From assembly GCA_963823665.1 (NCBI GenBank), contig CAWGMQ010000004.1, positions 576,001 through 640,000 of the forward strand: DNA of 64,000 bases, given 5' to 3'. Of this stretch, positions 25,208 through 34,993 are shown one piece after another (the first letter of the stretch is position 1; each line of letters begins with the position of its first letter). Under the pieces are notes generated by a model. It was not told the origin of the DNA and ran no database searches. It saw nothing but the letters and a program-made list of their open reading frames with translations. Made by a program: the position numbers and the translations under genes. Source of the DNA: an uncultured Planctomycetota bacterium. Lineage in GTDB: Bacteria > Planctomycetota > Planctomycetia > Isosphaerales > Isosphaeraceae.

Positions 25208-26269
25208 TCAATTCCCGCTCCGCCGTCTGAGCCGGTCGAGAGTGACGGCTGCAATGATAATGATGCCGATGAAAATATCGCGGCTCGACTCAGAAATATT
25301 GGCATGGAAGCAGCCGTTCGCCAGAACGGCCATGATCAAGCAGCCGATCAAGGTTCCGAGCACCGTTCCTTCGCCGCCGCTCAAGCTGCCGCCGCCGATG
25401 ACCACCGCCGCGATCACTTGCAGCTCGAGTCCTTGGGCCGAAGTCGGGTCGCCCGTACCGCCAAGGTACACGAACATGAGAACACCCGCCAACCCGGTCG
25501 CCACTCCGCCAATCGTGTAAACAATCAACTTGAACAAGGGTACGTTGATCCCGCACAGCCGCGCCGTCGCTTCGTTCGAGCCAATCGCATAAACGTATCG
25601 TCCAAGAAGACTGTATCGCAGCGATAGCGCGACCACCACGCTCAGCAAGAGGACAACCCAGACCCCTGGCGCAAGGATCAGCCAGCGCGGCTCGGGCTCG
25701 ACCTTCAAGATCACGCCAAACCACCACGGCTTCATTTCACCCGGAATATACACCGTCGTGTTCGAAGCCAGCCACTTTGCCAGCCCGCGATAGATTGTGT
25801 ACGTCCCCAGCGTCACGATGAACGGCACGACGCGAAGCGTCGCAATGAGCGCACCGTTGATCGCGCCGCAGAGCGTGCCCACGGCAACGCCCATCACCAG
25901 CGCCATCGGCAACAAAACCCTCCACTCACGCAAAGTCTCGGGGAGCACCGGGTCGAGCTTCTTCATCACCAGAGCAATGCAAACCGTCACGAGCGCGACC
26001 GTCGACCCGACCGACAGGTCGATCCCACCCGCGATCATGATCATCGTCATGCCGAGCGCAGCCATCGCCACGATGACCGATTGCACCGCGATCGACTGCC
26101 AGTTATAGAGCGTGAAAAAATGGCCCGTTTCACGTGTCAGTCCGGCGAAAAGGAGCGTGATGAGCACGAGCCCCACAAACGGCCCGAACACATTCCACAC
26201 CCTGCCAACCGCGCCACGCAGCACGAAACCGAAACGACCTCGCTGTTTGGGATCGAGCTTCGCGGCCAC
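25208..26269 (-). CDS. Sugar ABC transporter permease (RbsC-like)
   Basis: IAGGIDLSVGS, PFIVTLGT, GRYVYAIGSNEATARLCGI, ELQVIAAVVIGGGSLSGGEG. Confidence 0.95.
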   Translation of the reverse strand: MAAKLDPKQRGRFGFVLRGAVGRVWNVFGPFVGLVLITLLFAGLTRETGHFFTLYNWQSIAVQSVIVAMAALGMTMIMIAGGIDLSVGSTVALVTVCIALVMKKLDPVLPETLREWRVLLPMALVMGVAVGTLCGAINGALIATLRVVPFIVTLGTYTIYRGLAKWLASNTTVYIPGEMKPWWFGVILKVEPEPRWLILAPGVWVVLLLSVVVALSLRYSLLGRYVYAIGSNEATARLCGINVPLFKLIVYTIGGVATGLAGVLMFVYLGGTGDPTSAQGLELQVIAAVVIGGGSLSGGEGTVLGTLIGCLIMAVLANGCFHANISESSRDIFIGIIIIAAVTLDRLRRRSGN

Positions 26270-26331
26270 GTCGCTCTTCCTGTTGTTGAATGCGAAAGAG
26301 ATTCTCAAAAATGAACCGCTCACATCAAAGG

Positions 26332-27867
26332 CTATCTGCCCTCGCTAGCAGCCAGCGGCTCCGTACGCGTGGCGACTTCCATCAATTCGTGCTCGGTCCA
26401 CTGCGCCGTCGCGCGAGCTTCGCAAAGCTCCCCGCGCGCCATCACCGCGATCCGGTCGCAGATTCCAAACAGCTCGGGAAGATACGAGCTGACGACCAGG
26501 ATCGCCTTCCCCTCGGCTGCCAGCTCACCGATCAACCGATAAATCTCCGCTTTCGAGCCCACGTCAATCCCGCGCGTCGGCTCGTCCAGAAGCAAGACGT
26601 CAGCCTGCTGGTGCAGCAGCCGCGAGAGCGCAATTTTCTGCTGGTTCCCACCGGAAAGCGCCGCCACGGTTTGCCCCGGCCCGGTGGCAGTCACGTGCAA
26701 GCGATCGAGCCATCGAGCCACTTCCGCCCGCCGCTCTTTGAGTCGCAGCCAGCCATGCCGCGCGTGCCGCTTGAGCGCCGAATACGTGACGTTGTCTTCA
26801 ATCGAGCGATTGAGCGCCAGCCCCTCCGTCTTGCGGTCCTCACTCAGAAACCCAACGCCCTGACCGATGCGGGCCCTGGGAGCTGCGTAGCCTCCTTCGA
26901 AGTGATGAACCCGGATCAGCCCTGAGACAACCGGCGCAAGCCCGAACAACGCGCGCAATAACGTCGTGCGGCCCGCGCCGACCAAACCCGCAATACCGAC
27001 AATCTCCCCGCGCCGCAGCACCAGGCTCGCAGGGGCCCCCGTCTTCCAGACTCGCAGTTTCTCGAGCACCAGGATCGGCTCGCCCGGTGTGTGCGGCACG
27101 TGCGGAAACAGCTCATCCAGCTCTCGGCCCACCATCTGGGTAATGATCGACTTCATCTCCGTGCCGGCAAGCTTCCCGCCCGCGACGGCCCGGCCGTCTC
27201 GCAGCACCGTGAACGTCTGCGCCACCCGGCGCACCTCCTCAAGGAAATGGCTGATGTAGATGATTCCCAATCCGCGCTTCCTCAGGCGGTCGATGATCGC
27301 GAACAGCCGCACCGCGTCCCCTTCGGAAAGACTGCTGGTGGGCTCGTCGAACACGATGACCTGCGCGCTCGATACCAGCGCCCGGGCCACCTCCACCAAC
27401 TGCTGGGCACCGACCCCCAGGCTATCCACCCGCGCCTCGGGGCGGATGTCCGGGTGATCGAGCAGCGCCAGGGCCTCGCTCACCACCCGCCGATGCTCGC
27501 GCCGATCAATCAGGCCCGATTTGACCTTCTCCTGACCGAGCATCACATTGGCCTCCACAGAAAGGTGCGGCGCCAGGGCGAGCTCTTGATAGATCATCGC
27601 CACGCCACGCGCCAGCGCATCGCGCGGACCACGCGGCGCGTAAGGTGCTCCGCTCAGATTCATCGAGCCCGAATCCGGCCGCACCGCGCCGCTCAGGATC
27701 TTCATCAGCGTGCTCTTGCCCGCGCCGTTCTCCCCGATCAACGCGCGCACTTCGCCGCTCTCCAGCTCGAGCGAGACGCGATCGAGTGCGCGCGTCGCTC
27801 CAAATGTCTTGCTCACGTCGCGCATTTCCAGAAGCACGGCACCGCGCCTTTCCGCCCTACGCGTCAC
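26332..27867 (-). CDS. Sugar ABC transporter ATP-binding protein (RbsA-like, two NBDs)
   Basis: GENGAGKSTL, FDEPTSSL, LSGGNQQK, LDEPTRGIDVG. Confidence 0.96.
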   Translation of the reverse strand: MTRRAERRGAVLLEMRDVSKTFGATRALDRVSLELESGEVRALIGENGAGKSTLMKILSGAVRPDSGSMNLSGAPYAPRGPRDALARGVAMIYQELALAPHLSVEANVMLGQEKVKSGLIDRREHRRVVSEALALLDHPDIRPEARVDSLGVGAQQLVEVARALVSSAQVIVFDEPTSSLSEGDAVRLFAIIDRLRKRGLGIIYISHFLEEVRRVAQTFTVLRDGRAVAGGKLAGTEMKSIITQMVGRELDELFPHVPHTPGEPILVLEKLRVWKTGAPASLVLRRGEIVGIAGLVGAGRTTLLRALFGLAPVVSGLIRVHHFEGGYAAPRARIGQGVGFLSEDRKTEGLALNRSIEDNVTYSALKRHARHGWLRLKERRAEVARWLDRLHVTATGPGQTVAALSGGNQQKIALSRLLHQQADVLLLDEPTRGIDVGSKAEIYRLIGELAAEGKAILVVSSYLPELFGICDRIAVMARGELCEARATAQWTEHELMEVATRTEPLAASEGR

Positions 27868-28916
27868 GGCCCAGCGGAGAGCATCCCGGCGCCGTCCAGC
27901 GCCCGCAGCATGCCGAAGGTACTCGACTCGTTGGGACAGAAAATCCCGTCGACCTGCCCTCGATATCGCGTCACCAGGCTCTGGGCTTTCTGCTGGGCCA
28001 AGTCGGAAGTCGAGCCGGCGTACTCCGAGTCGGAGATCAGCTTGATCTTGGGAAACTCCTTGGCGAGCGTGTCGGTAAACCCCTTCTCTCGCTGCTCCGT
28101 GCTCTCGGATCCAACGGCGTAGCGCAGCAAGATTACCCGTCCTTCGCCTTTGAGCAGTTCACCGAGCCGCTGTGCCGCCAGCACACCGCCGTGATAGTTG
28201 TTGGTGGCGATATAGCTCACCGGCTTGGTCGATTCCAGCGCCGAGTCGTAGATGAGCACCGGTATCCCCTTGGCAATCGCGGCCTCGATCGGCTCTACAA
28301 GCGCCCGCGAATCGAGCGGGGCGATCACAATCCCGTCCACTCCCGCCGCAACTGCGTTCTGAACGAGCTGGATCTGAAACACGCGGTCGTCTTCCTTCTG
28401 CGGTCCCTGCCAGATCACCTCGACGTTCCCCAGCTCCTTTGCGGCTTGCAAGGTACCGGCATGAAGCGTCTTCCAGAACTCGTGCGTCGTACCCTTGGGA
28501 ATCACGATCACCCTGTATTTCTTGGCCTTGGTTCCCGACAGGCTCACCTCGCTCGCATTGTCAACCTGGGGCGGATGAATGAGCGGAGCGATGTCCGGAT
28601 CTTTCATGTTTTGAGGCGTGACCAGCGTCTCACCGGTCGAGATCTGTTTATCGACCGTTTGCTTCTCGAGATGTTTGACCATCGTCTCGACGCTGAGCTT
28701 GCCCATGCGAAGCGGGTTTTGCACAACCAATCCCTGGATCTTCCCCTGGCGCATCGCATCGACCAGCACCTCGCTGGCGTCAAAGCCGACGAAGACCAGC
28801 CCCTTCGTCGGGCCCGAGCGTTTCGTGCCCGCAGGCGATCCCGTCGAGTCGCCCGACCCGCCACAACCGACAGCCCCGACCAGCAACACCAAAGAGATCC
28901 ACAACCCACGATTCAA
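27864..28916 (-). CDS. Sugar ABC substrate-binding lipoprotein (RbsB/LacI fold), circularly permuted
   Basis: Lipobox-like LLVGAVGC; IPKGTTHEFW, VDGIVIAP, IATNNYHGG, IFCPNESST; the FVGFD...VVQNP..MG segment lies at the N-terminus. Confidence 0.9.
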   Translation of the reverse strand: MNRGLWISLVLLVGAVGCGGSGDSTGSPAGTKRSGPTKGLVFVGFDASEVLVDAMRQGKIQGLVVQNPLRMGKLSVETMVKHLEKQTVDKQISTGETLVTPQNMKDPDIAPLIHPPQVDNASEVSLSGTKAKKYRVIVIPKGTTHEFWKTLHAGTLQAAKELGNVEVIWQGPQKEDDRVFQIQLVQNAVAAGVDGIVIAPLDSRALVEPIEAAIAKGIPVLIYDSALESTKPVSYIATNNYHGGVLAAQRLGELLKGEGRVILLRYAVGSESTEQREKGFTDTLAKEFPKIKLISDSEYAGSTSDLAQQKAQSLVTRYRGQVDGIFCPNESSTFGMLRALDGAGMLSAGP

Positions 28917-29786
28917 GCCTCGCCGTTCACTCCGCGAACGGGTGCCACCGCTCGCGAGCACCAAGCGGGCGCCGCTTCTTCCTCTTGAGTGTCGTCCTTC
29001 GCTCCGCGAAGGGCCATCGCCTGCGTGCACCAAGAATGAAGTGCCGCACTTGCCGTTCAAAGACATGATTGTGTTCCCTGGCTCGACCCGGTTAGCAAAA
29101 GGTGAGCATCATCGTAAGAGCCGCCGTTTTGCCGAGTCAAGGCGGCAGGCGCTTCGACTCGTTGCACTGAACTGCACTCGATTGCACTGATTTCGAGTCG
29201 CTCGACCGCACCACGCCTGCGGCTGCTCTATCTTAGTCCCGCCCTCCACGTTCAACCCTCCACTCTCACCGACGAGTTCCTCTGAAAATTGACCCTCCAC
29301 AGGCGGCTGGCCCCAAACCGCGGCACGGACGTCCACGAGCATAACTCAGGCCAGCGCCATTTTCATGGGGCTGGTGCCCCTCCTTCCGGACATGACCGTT
29401 CTTATCCACCAAGGCTTAAAGGCACACACACATGCCCCAGCGCCGTTGTCGCCGGCCCCCAATCGCGCCGCGAATGCAACCGGATGTCTCCCTTTCGTTA
29501 TCCTCCGCCCTCCGCCCTCCGCCCTCCGCCCTCCGTCCTCACTTGACGGGAATCTCATACCGGATGAATCCGAGCAGGTCACCCTCTTTTACACCATGGC
29601 ACTTTGCGCATTTGTTGGTTAGGGCCGGCACGACCGTCGCAACATGAAGTTTGCGTTCGGAGCCCGCGCCGGTAACCTCCTCAAAATACGGCTTGCCCGC
29701 TTGCATGGCCTCGGCGGCCCGTTTCTCGAAATCCGTTTGCGGCAGGTTCGCCTCATTCTGCGGCGACCCGGAGGCGTCAACGGGGA

Positions 29787-30092
29787 TTGAACAAAGCGGG
29801 GCTGGTCGGCTCCGAGCGCGGCGTGGGCGGCGGTTTTGTGCTGACCCGCTCGCTCGATGACCTCACCGTGCTCGATGTGATCAACGCGGTCGATCCTCTC
29901 AAGCGAATCACTCACTGTCCTCTCCTACTTTCTGCGCACCGAAAGCAACTTTGCTCATTGCACAAACGCCTCGACGAAGGGATTGCTCTGATCGAGTCGC
30001 TCTTCGACGGGACGACAATCGCGCAGTTGCTCGCAGAAGCGAATCCGAGCAAACCCCTTTGCGACGAGGTCCAGCCCACTGCGACGCGTTGA
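29787..30092 (+). pseudogene. Rrf2-family regulator, 5'-truncated
   Basis: KAGLVGSERGVGGGFVL..LTVLDVINAVD..CPL..HRKQLCSLH; no N-terminal helices upstream. Confidence 0.8.
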
Positions 30093-30174
30093 GCGCACGG
30101 TGAGACCCTTAGGAACGGGCCGGAACCAAATTCCGTCGATTTACGTGAAGTGCGCCGCGGAGCGGCACAAAGAC

Positions 30175-30199
30175 CGTTCCGACGCAGAGCGTCGGAACG
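30175..30199. repeat. REP-like palindrome
   Basis: cgttccgacgc-aga-gcgtcggaacg is a perfect inverted repeat. Confidence 0.8.
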
Positions 30200-30278
30200 A
30201 GGGCTTTCCGTCGTGGTAGGATTGAGACCGAAATCGGGAAGTTATTTCCGGCCTGTTCCTTAGCCGCGACGAGACCCG

Positions 30279-30564
30279 CGCGGAGCCCCGGCCCTCGGCC
30301 GGCCACTCGGATCTTGATCGCCCGCGCAGTTCATTGCACACTCGGTGACATGGCGTCGACTGTGCCCGAGACCGAACGAACCGATGACGACCTGGCCGCC
30401 GTGGTCGCGAGGCGCGGAGAGTCCGAGGGGGCGCTGCACGCCGCCCGCGAAGCCTTTGAACAACTCTATCGCCGCCACGCGCCGTTGCTTCTCGCTTTCG
30501 TCGCGGCGCGAGTCCGGCCCACGGATCGCGAAGACCTGCACCAGGACGTTTGGGAGCGCGCATG
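30279..30564 (+). pseudogene. Truncated duplicate of the ECF sigma gene (upstream region and 5' part)
   Basis: Near-identical to 33196-33480 and ends abruptly after ...DVWERA. Confidence 0.9.
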
Positions 30565-30865
30565 TCAGGATCGAGCACCAACACCGGTGTCCCGGTACTT
30601 CTTGCCGAGGGCGATGCGCGAGCGATCAAGGCCCGCCGCGACGCCGCACTCAAATCGAAGATCGCGCCGAAAGAGGCGAAGCCAGCCCAGACGCCTTTGA
30701 AGGCCTGACATCGGAAGTTTCAATCCGAGGACACCGTACATTATTAGGTCGAAAGGGTTTTTGCGGGCCGGGGACACCAACCCAGTTCGAGCGGGGTTGG
30801 CCGAGGCGCCGTGCCGGTACCGATGGAGCAGCCCCGCAGCCCATGCACGCGGGCGAGGCTAATGG

Positions 30866-31050
30866 GTGGTAACGGTCGGTCCATTGCTCGAGCTGGCGCC
30901 GGACTGGTGCCGTTTTCTCGCGAGAGTGATCCGAGAGGAGGACAAAAAGCTCCTTTGCTCGCACGAACAAACCGGCCGGCCCCTCGGAGGCGAGGCGTGT
31001 CTTGGCAAGCTCGAGAAGAAGTTGAGGAGAATCCTAAAGAAGCAGAAACT
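30866..31050 (+). mobile_element. Remnant C-terminus of a REP-associated (RAYT/IS200-like) transposase
   Basis: VGPLLELAPDWCRFL...HEQTGRPLGGEACLGKLEKKLRRILKKQK resembles RAYT tails; GGACAC/GTGTCC motifs at 30585-30780. Confidence 0.5.
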
Positions 31051-31537
31051 TACGAGGGCAACAGTTCACTCAGAACCCTCGAAACACGAGCTCAAACGTC
31101 CGCGTTACGAGGGACTGGTGGTCGGCGGGGGTCTGCTGGCTCCCCAAGAGGATCGGAACGGTTTTGACGTTCCCCGCCCGGAGACGCAAAGCTGCGTCTT
31201 TTATCTCGCTCCGGTTCGCAATCCGCCTGCTCATGCTCGGCCTGACCTCGGGCTCGACGCGACCATGTTATGTCGCCCGCTGAGTTGGTTTCCGATGGCG
31301 GATAAGGCGCCATGAGTCCTGAACGCACAGGCGCAGATGCAGCCGCCGTGCGTGTATGCATGCATTCGTTCGGTTCAAGGAGCACGCGGAGTCCTTTCGG
31401 CGCGATTTGGTAGTTGCGTCCCGTCCGATTGAGGTAGCCATCGCGCTCGAGCGATTCCAGCAACTCCGAATAGTCGATCACGTCCATCGGTGCGAAGTGG
31501 ACGCGAAAATCCGCCGGCGATTGACACAATCCATCAT

Positions 31538-32260
31538 TTACCATCCAAAGCACGAAGCGCCTTTAAGGATCCGTCCTGATCTTCGCGTATTCCCACTCCT
31601 CCTCGGACGGAGGCCGGTCGATGACCATATCATGCGATGGTGCAGCGATGGTGCTGACGGGACGCTCCAGTTCTCGCGGTACGTCCGCTGAAACGCGATC
31701 TCGCGAAGGTACTCGACCCTCCGCACAGCCTCAGTCAGGACGCGGCATCCTTCGATGTCGTCGTCATTGTACCAGAAGACATTCCCCGGATGCTCCCGCG
31801 CGAGGCTGGCGATTGCGCCTTTGGCCGAATAACCCTCCGCGTACGCCTTTGGAACCATCACAAGGAACTTATAACTGACCTGCGGCTCGCCGCAGAAGTC
31901 ATGAAACTCAGCCGACGCACCTGCTGCGCCTTCCAGCAAGCTGATGATGAAATGGCACCGAGATGCTTGCACAAGCTCCTTCGTTTTCTCGGTCAAACCT
32001 GCGTCGGCGCTCGTAAGGATTTCCTCTGAGAACATCGCATTGTGACCATCGGCGATCAGTCGTGCGCGAATCTCCTTTCGCTTCGCGGCGATCTTGGTGT
32101 CTGAGTTAGGATTCGGGCCCCACACCAGGACGGTGAGCGCGATCTGCTTCCGAGCCTCGAGGTCCCTTCGAACCTGGTCCAGAAACCTTCGCCGCGCTTC
32201 TTGGGCCGCCGGCGTCAGCCCCTCTGGAACGTCTTCCGGGTCATTTGATTGCATTGCCAT
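31538..32260 (-). CDS. Hypothetical protein, possible nucleoside-deoxyribosyltransferase (NDT)-like fold
   Basis: TVLVWGP...KRKEIRARL...FSEE...ELVQA...IISLLEGAAGASAEFHDF; the C-terminal end is uncertain. Confidence 0.5.
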   Translation of the reverse strand: MAMQSNDPEDVPEGLTPAAQEARRRFLDQVRRDLEARKQIALTVLVWGPNPNSDTKIAAKRKEIRARLIADGHNAMFSEEILTSADAGLTEKTKELVQASRCHFIISLLEGAAGASAEFHDFCGEPQVSYKFLVMVPKAYAEGYSAKGAIASLAREHPGNVFWYNDDDIEGCRVLTEAVRRVEYLREIAFQRTYRENWSVPSAPSLHHRMIWSSTGLRPRRSGNTRRSGRILKGASCFGW

Positions 32261-32645
32261 CCGCCTCAGGGATCCTCGGGGTCGATTGCAACAGTCTATT
32301 ACAGGAGCCGAGTGCCTGGAAGAATCGAACCCCGGCGCCAAATCCGTGCTTGAGCCGAAGCTTTGCCATCGCCACTCCCTACCGCATCACGATCGCGGTG
32401 CTTCTTGCCGTCGGCGGGGTGGTCTTGGATCATTTGAAATGAAATGATGAGTTCGAGTTAGCCTATAACTCGAATGAAAGATCTTCCATGAGCAAGCTAA
32501 GGAGGCGCTGCACCACGGTCGATTGAGCGAGGCAACGCTTCCGATGGATCCGACTTACTTCAAAGAGTCCTTTTTCAGAACGTTAGCCGCTTCGAGCTTT
32601 GGATTTTCAATCGTTTTTTGCAGCTTTGAAAGTGTCGCCGGCTGG

Positions 32646-32859
32646 GATCAACCCAGTCGATCCTCTCAAGCGAATCACCCACTGTCCTCTCCTATTTGCA
32701 GCGCACCGAAAGCAACTTTGCTCATTGCACAAACGCCTCGACAAAGGGATTGCTCTGATCGAGTCGCTCTTCGACGGGACGACAATCGCGCAGTTGCTCG
32801 CAGAAGCGAATCCGAGCAAACCCCTTTGCGACGAGGTCCAGCCCACTGCGACGCGTTGA
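32646..32859 (+). pseudogene. Second, shorter Rrf2 3' fragment (duplicate of 29879-30092)
   Basis: Near-identical nucleotide sequence ending ...cccactgcgacgcgttga. Confidence 0.9.
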
Positions 32860-33265
32860 TGTCGGCGATCGAGAGTGTGCTTCTGATCTGGGCGGCGAGT
32901 GAAGCGCACGAATGGACCGACCAAGTTGAGTTTCTGCCGCTCTGACGCCCGGGGCCGCGAACGGCGTAATCGACGACTCCGACTGATTCGCAAATCTTCC
33001 TCGCCGAGCGGAAGAATGCGGCAGCTCGTTCGTTTCCCGTGTCAGAAGGGTTCAGTCCATCCGCGCCGCTTCAGAGAAAGAAACGGAGGCAAACAGGTTT
33101 ACGATCCGACCGCCGTCCGGCGCAACCATCGTGCAGTTCTCCGTCTGGTAGGCAAAACGGCCTAACGACAAGACCGTAGCCGCTACCAGAGCCGTGCGGA
33201 ACCCCGGCTCTCCGCCGGCCACTCGGATCTTGATCGACCGCGCAGTTCAATGCACACTCGGTGGC

Positions 33266-33847
33266 ATGGCATCGACTGTGCCCGAGACCGAACGAACCGA
33301 TGACGACCTGGCAGACGTGGTCGCCAGGCGCGGAGAGTCCGATGGAGCGCTGCGCGCCGCCCGCGAGGCCTTTGAACAGCTCTATCGCCGCCACGCGCCG
33401 TTGCTTCTCGCGTTCGTCGCGGCGCGCGTCCGGCCCGAGGATCGCGAAGACCTGCACCAGGACGTTTGGGAGCGCGCATGGAAGCACCTCCCCGACCAGT
33501 TCCAAGGAGGCAACGTCCGCGCCTGGCTGCACCAGATCGCCCGTAACGCGATCATCGACCAGGGCCGAAAGGCCCGTCCGGAACCGCTCGCAGCCCCGGA
33601 AGCCCTGCTCGACGGGCGCGGCCGTCCTGCCCATGACCGGCTTATCGAGTACGAGCGGAGCGAAGCGCTCCGCCGCTGTCTCGAAAAGCTGAACAGCACC
33701 GCCGCCGCGCTGGTACGAGCCCGCCTGGCCGGCGACGATTACGTGGAGATCTGCCAGCGCCTCGGCCTGGCGCCCCAGCAAGCCCATAAACTGTTCCATA
33801 CCTCAAAGGAACAGCTCAAGACCTGTGTGAAGCGAGCCCTGCGATGA
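33266..33847 (+). CDS. ECF-type sigma-70 factor
   Basis: AFEQLYRRH, EDLHQDVWERAW, AWLHQIARNAIIDQGRK, LRRCLEKL, EICQRLGL. Confidence 0.93.
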   Translation: MASTVPETERTDDDLADVVARRGESDGALRAAREAFEQLYRRHAPLLLAFVAARVRPEDREDLHQDVWERAWKHLPDQFQGGNVRAWLHQIARNAIIDQGRKARPEPLAAPEALLDGRGRPAHDRLIEYERSEALRRCLEKLNSTAAALVRARLAGDDYVEICQRLGLAPQQAHKLFHTSKEQLKTCVKRALR

Positions 33848-34800
33848 AACTGATGGCCCTCGAAATCCCGGACGACGCGGCGGCGCTCGCGGGCTGGCTG
33901 GAGGGCCACCTCGTGGGCCTGGACCTCGCCGCGCTTGTTGCCGAGCTCGAGGCCGTGCACGCGCATGATCAAAAAGAGCCCGCGCCGTCGCTCGACCAAG
34001 TGCTAGGCAACTTACGCGTAGCCGTCCAATCGCGCGGGCTTGAATCACTCCCACCCGATCGACTGAAGGTCCTGCTCCAACACCCGCGGCTTCTGCTCGA
34101 ATTACAAGAGTGGCTGCTCGTGGAGGGCGGGCCATACTGGCGGCGAATGGCCCCGAGAAACGCGGGCCGTGAACAGCGTGTTGCACTCGAGCGTGGCTGG
34201 GAGCGCCTAGCCGCCACACTGTCCGAGGGTCGCGAGCCGGCAACTGTAATCCCCTTGCCACGCGATGCCACCGCCCGCTCTCCGGCCCAGCCCGCGCCCG
34301 GAGCGCGTCCGTGGCGACGACTGCTGGGCGGCTTGGCCACAATGGCCGCTTCGGCGGCGCTGCTCGTTGCGGCGTTCGTCATCGCCATGCACGGTCCAGG
34401 CTCCGGCGGAGAGAACGGTGCCGGTGCAAGAGCGGCCTGGGGTTGGACCAAACCCGGCGCGCTTCGCTACGAGCTCTCGCGCGACGCTTACCTCAACAGC
34501 CTGGCCGACTCCGCACGCGAGTGGTTCAACCAGCGTCCGGACAGGCCCCAGGCACTCGCGCGCCGCATCGCCGAGTTCCGCCAGGGCTGCTCCGTCCTCA
34601 TCTTCTCCGTACACAAACCGTTGCCAGAGGAGGATCGCATCTGGCTGGTCGAAAAGTGCCGGAGCTGGGCAACAAAGCTCGATGCCCACCTCGCCGCCGT
34701 CGAAGCCGGCCAAGACGTCCTCAAAGTCCGCGCCGAGGCCGACGCCACAATCGACCGCCTGGCCACCGCGTTGCGCGAACGGGCTGCCAAGCCAGCGTGA
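33844..34800 (+). CDS. Single-TM protein coupled to the ECF sigma (putative anti-sigma)
   Basis: ATGA overlap with the sigma stop; central TM LATMAASAALLVAAFVIAM; helical C-terminal domain with two Cys. Confidence 0.6.
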   Translation: MKLMALEIPDDAAALAGWLEGHLVGLDLAALVAELEAVHAHDQKEPAPSLDQVLGNLRVAVQSRGLESLPPDRLKVLLQHPRLLLELQEWLLVEGGPYWRRMAPRNAGREQRVALERGWERLAATLSEGREPATVIPLPRDATARSPAQPAPGARPWRRLLGGLATMAASAALLVAAFVIAMHGPGSGGENGAGARAAWGWTKPGALRYELSRDAYLNSLADSAREWFNQRPDRPQALARRIAEFRQGCSVLIFSVHKPLPEEDRIWLVEKCRSWATKLDAHLAAVEAGQDVLKVRAEADATIDRLATALRERAAKPA

Positions 34801-34993
34801 AAAACTGCGAGCTACTCGGTTGAGCACCTCGGCCCCACATTAACCTGAAGCTTCAGCGAGGGACGCTCCACTCCAACGTGACGCCAACGGGCGCTCGCGG
34901 TGGCCAGCCGGGATCGCACGGCAAGTCCCTTCGCTGGCGCGGCGTGGCGCGTCGGTGTAGGGCCTCGATCGCACGACCGGATTCTCGCCGTTT

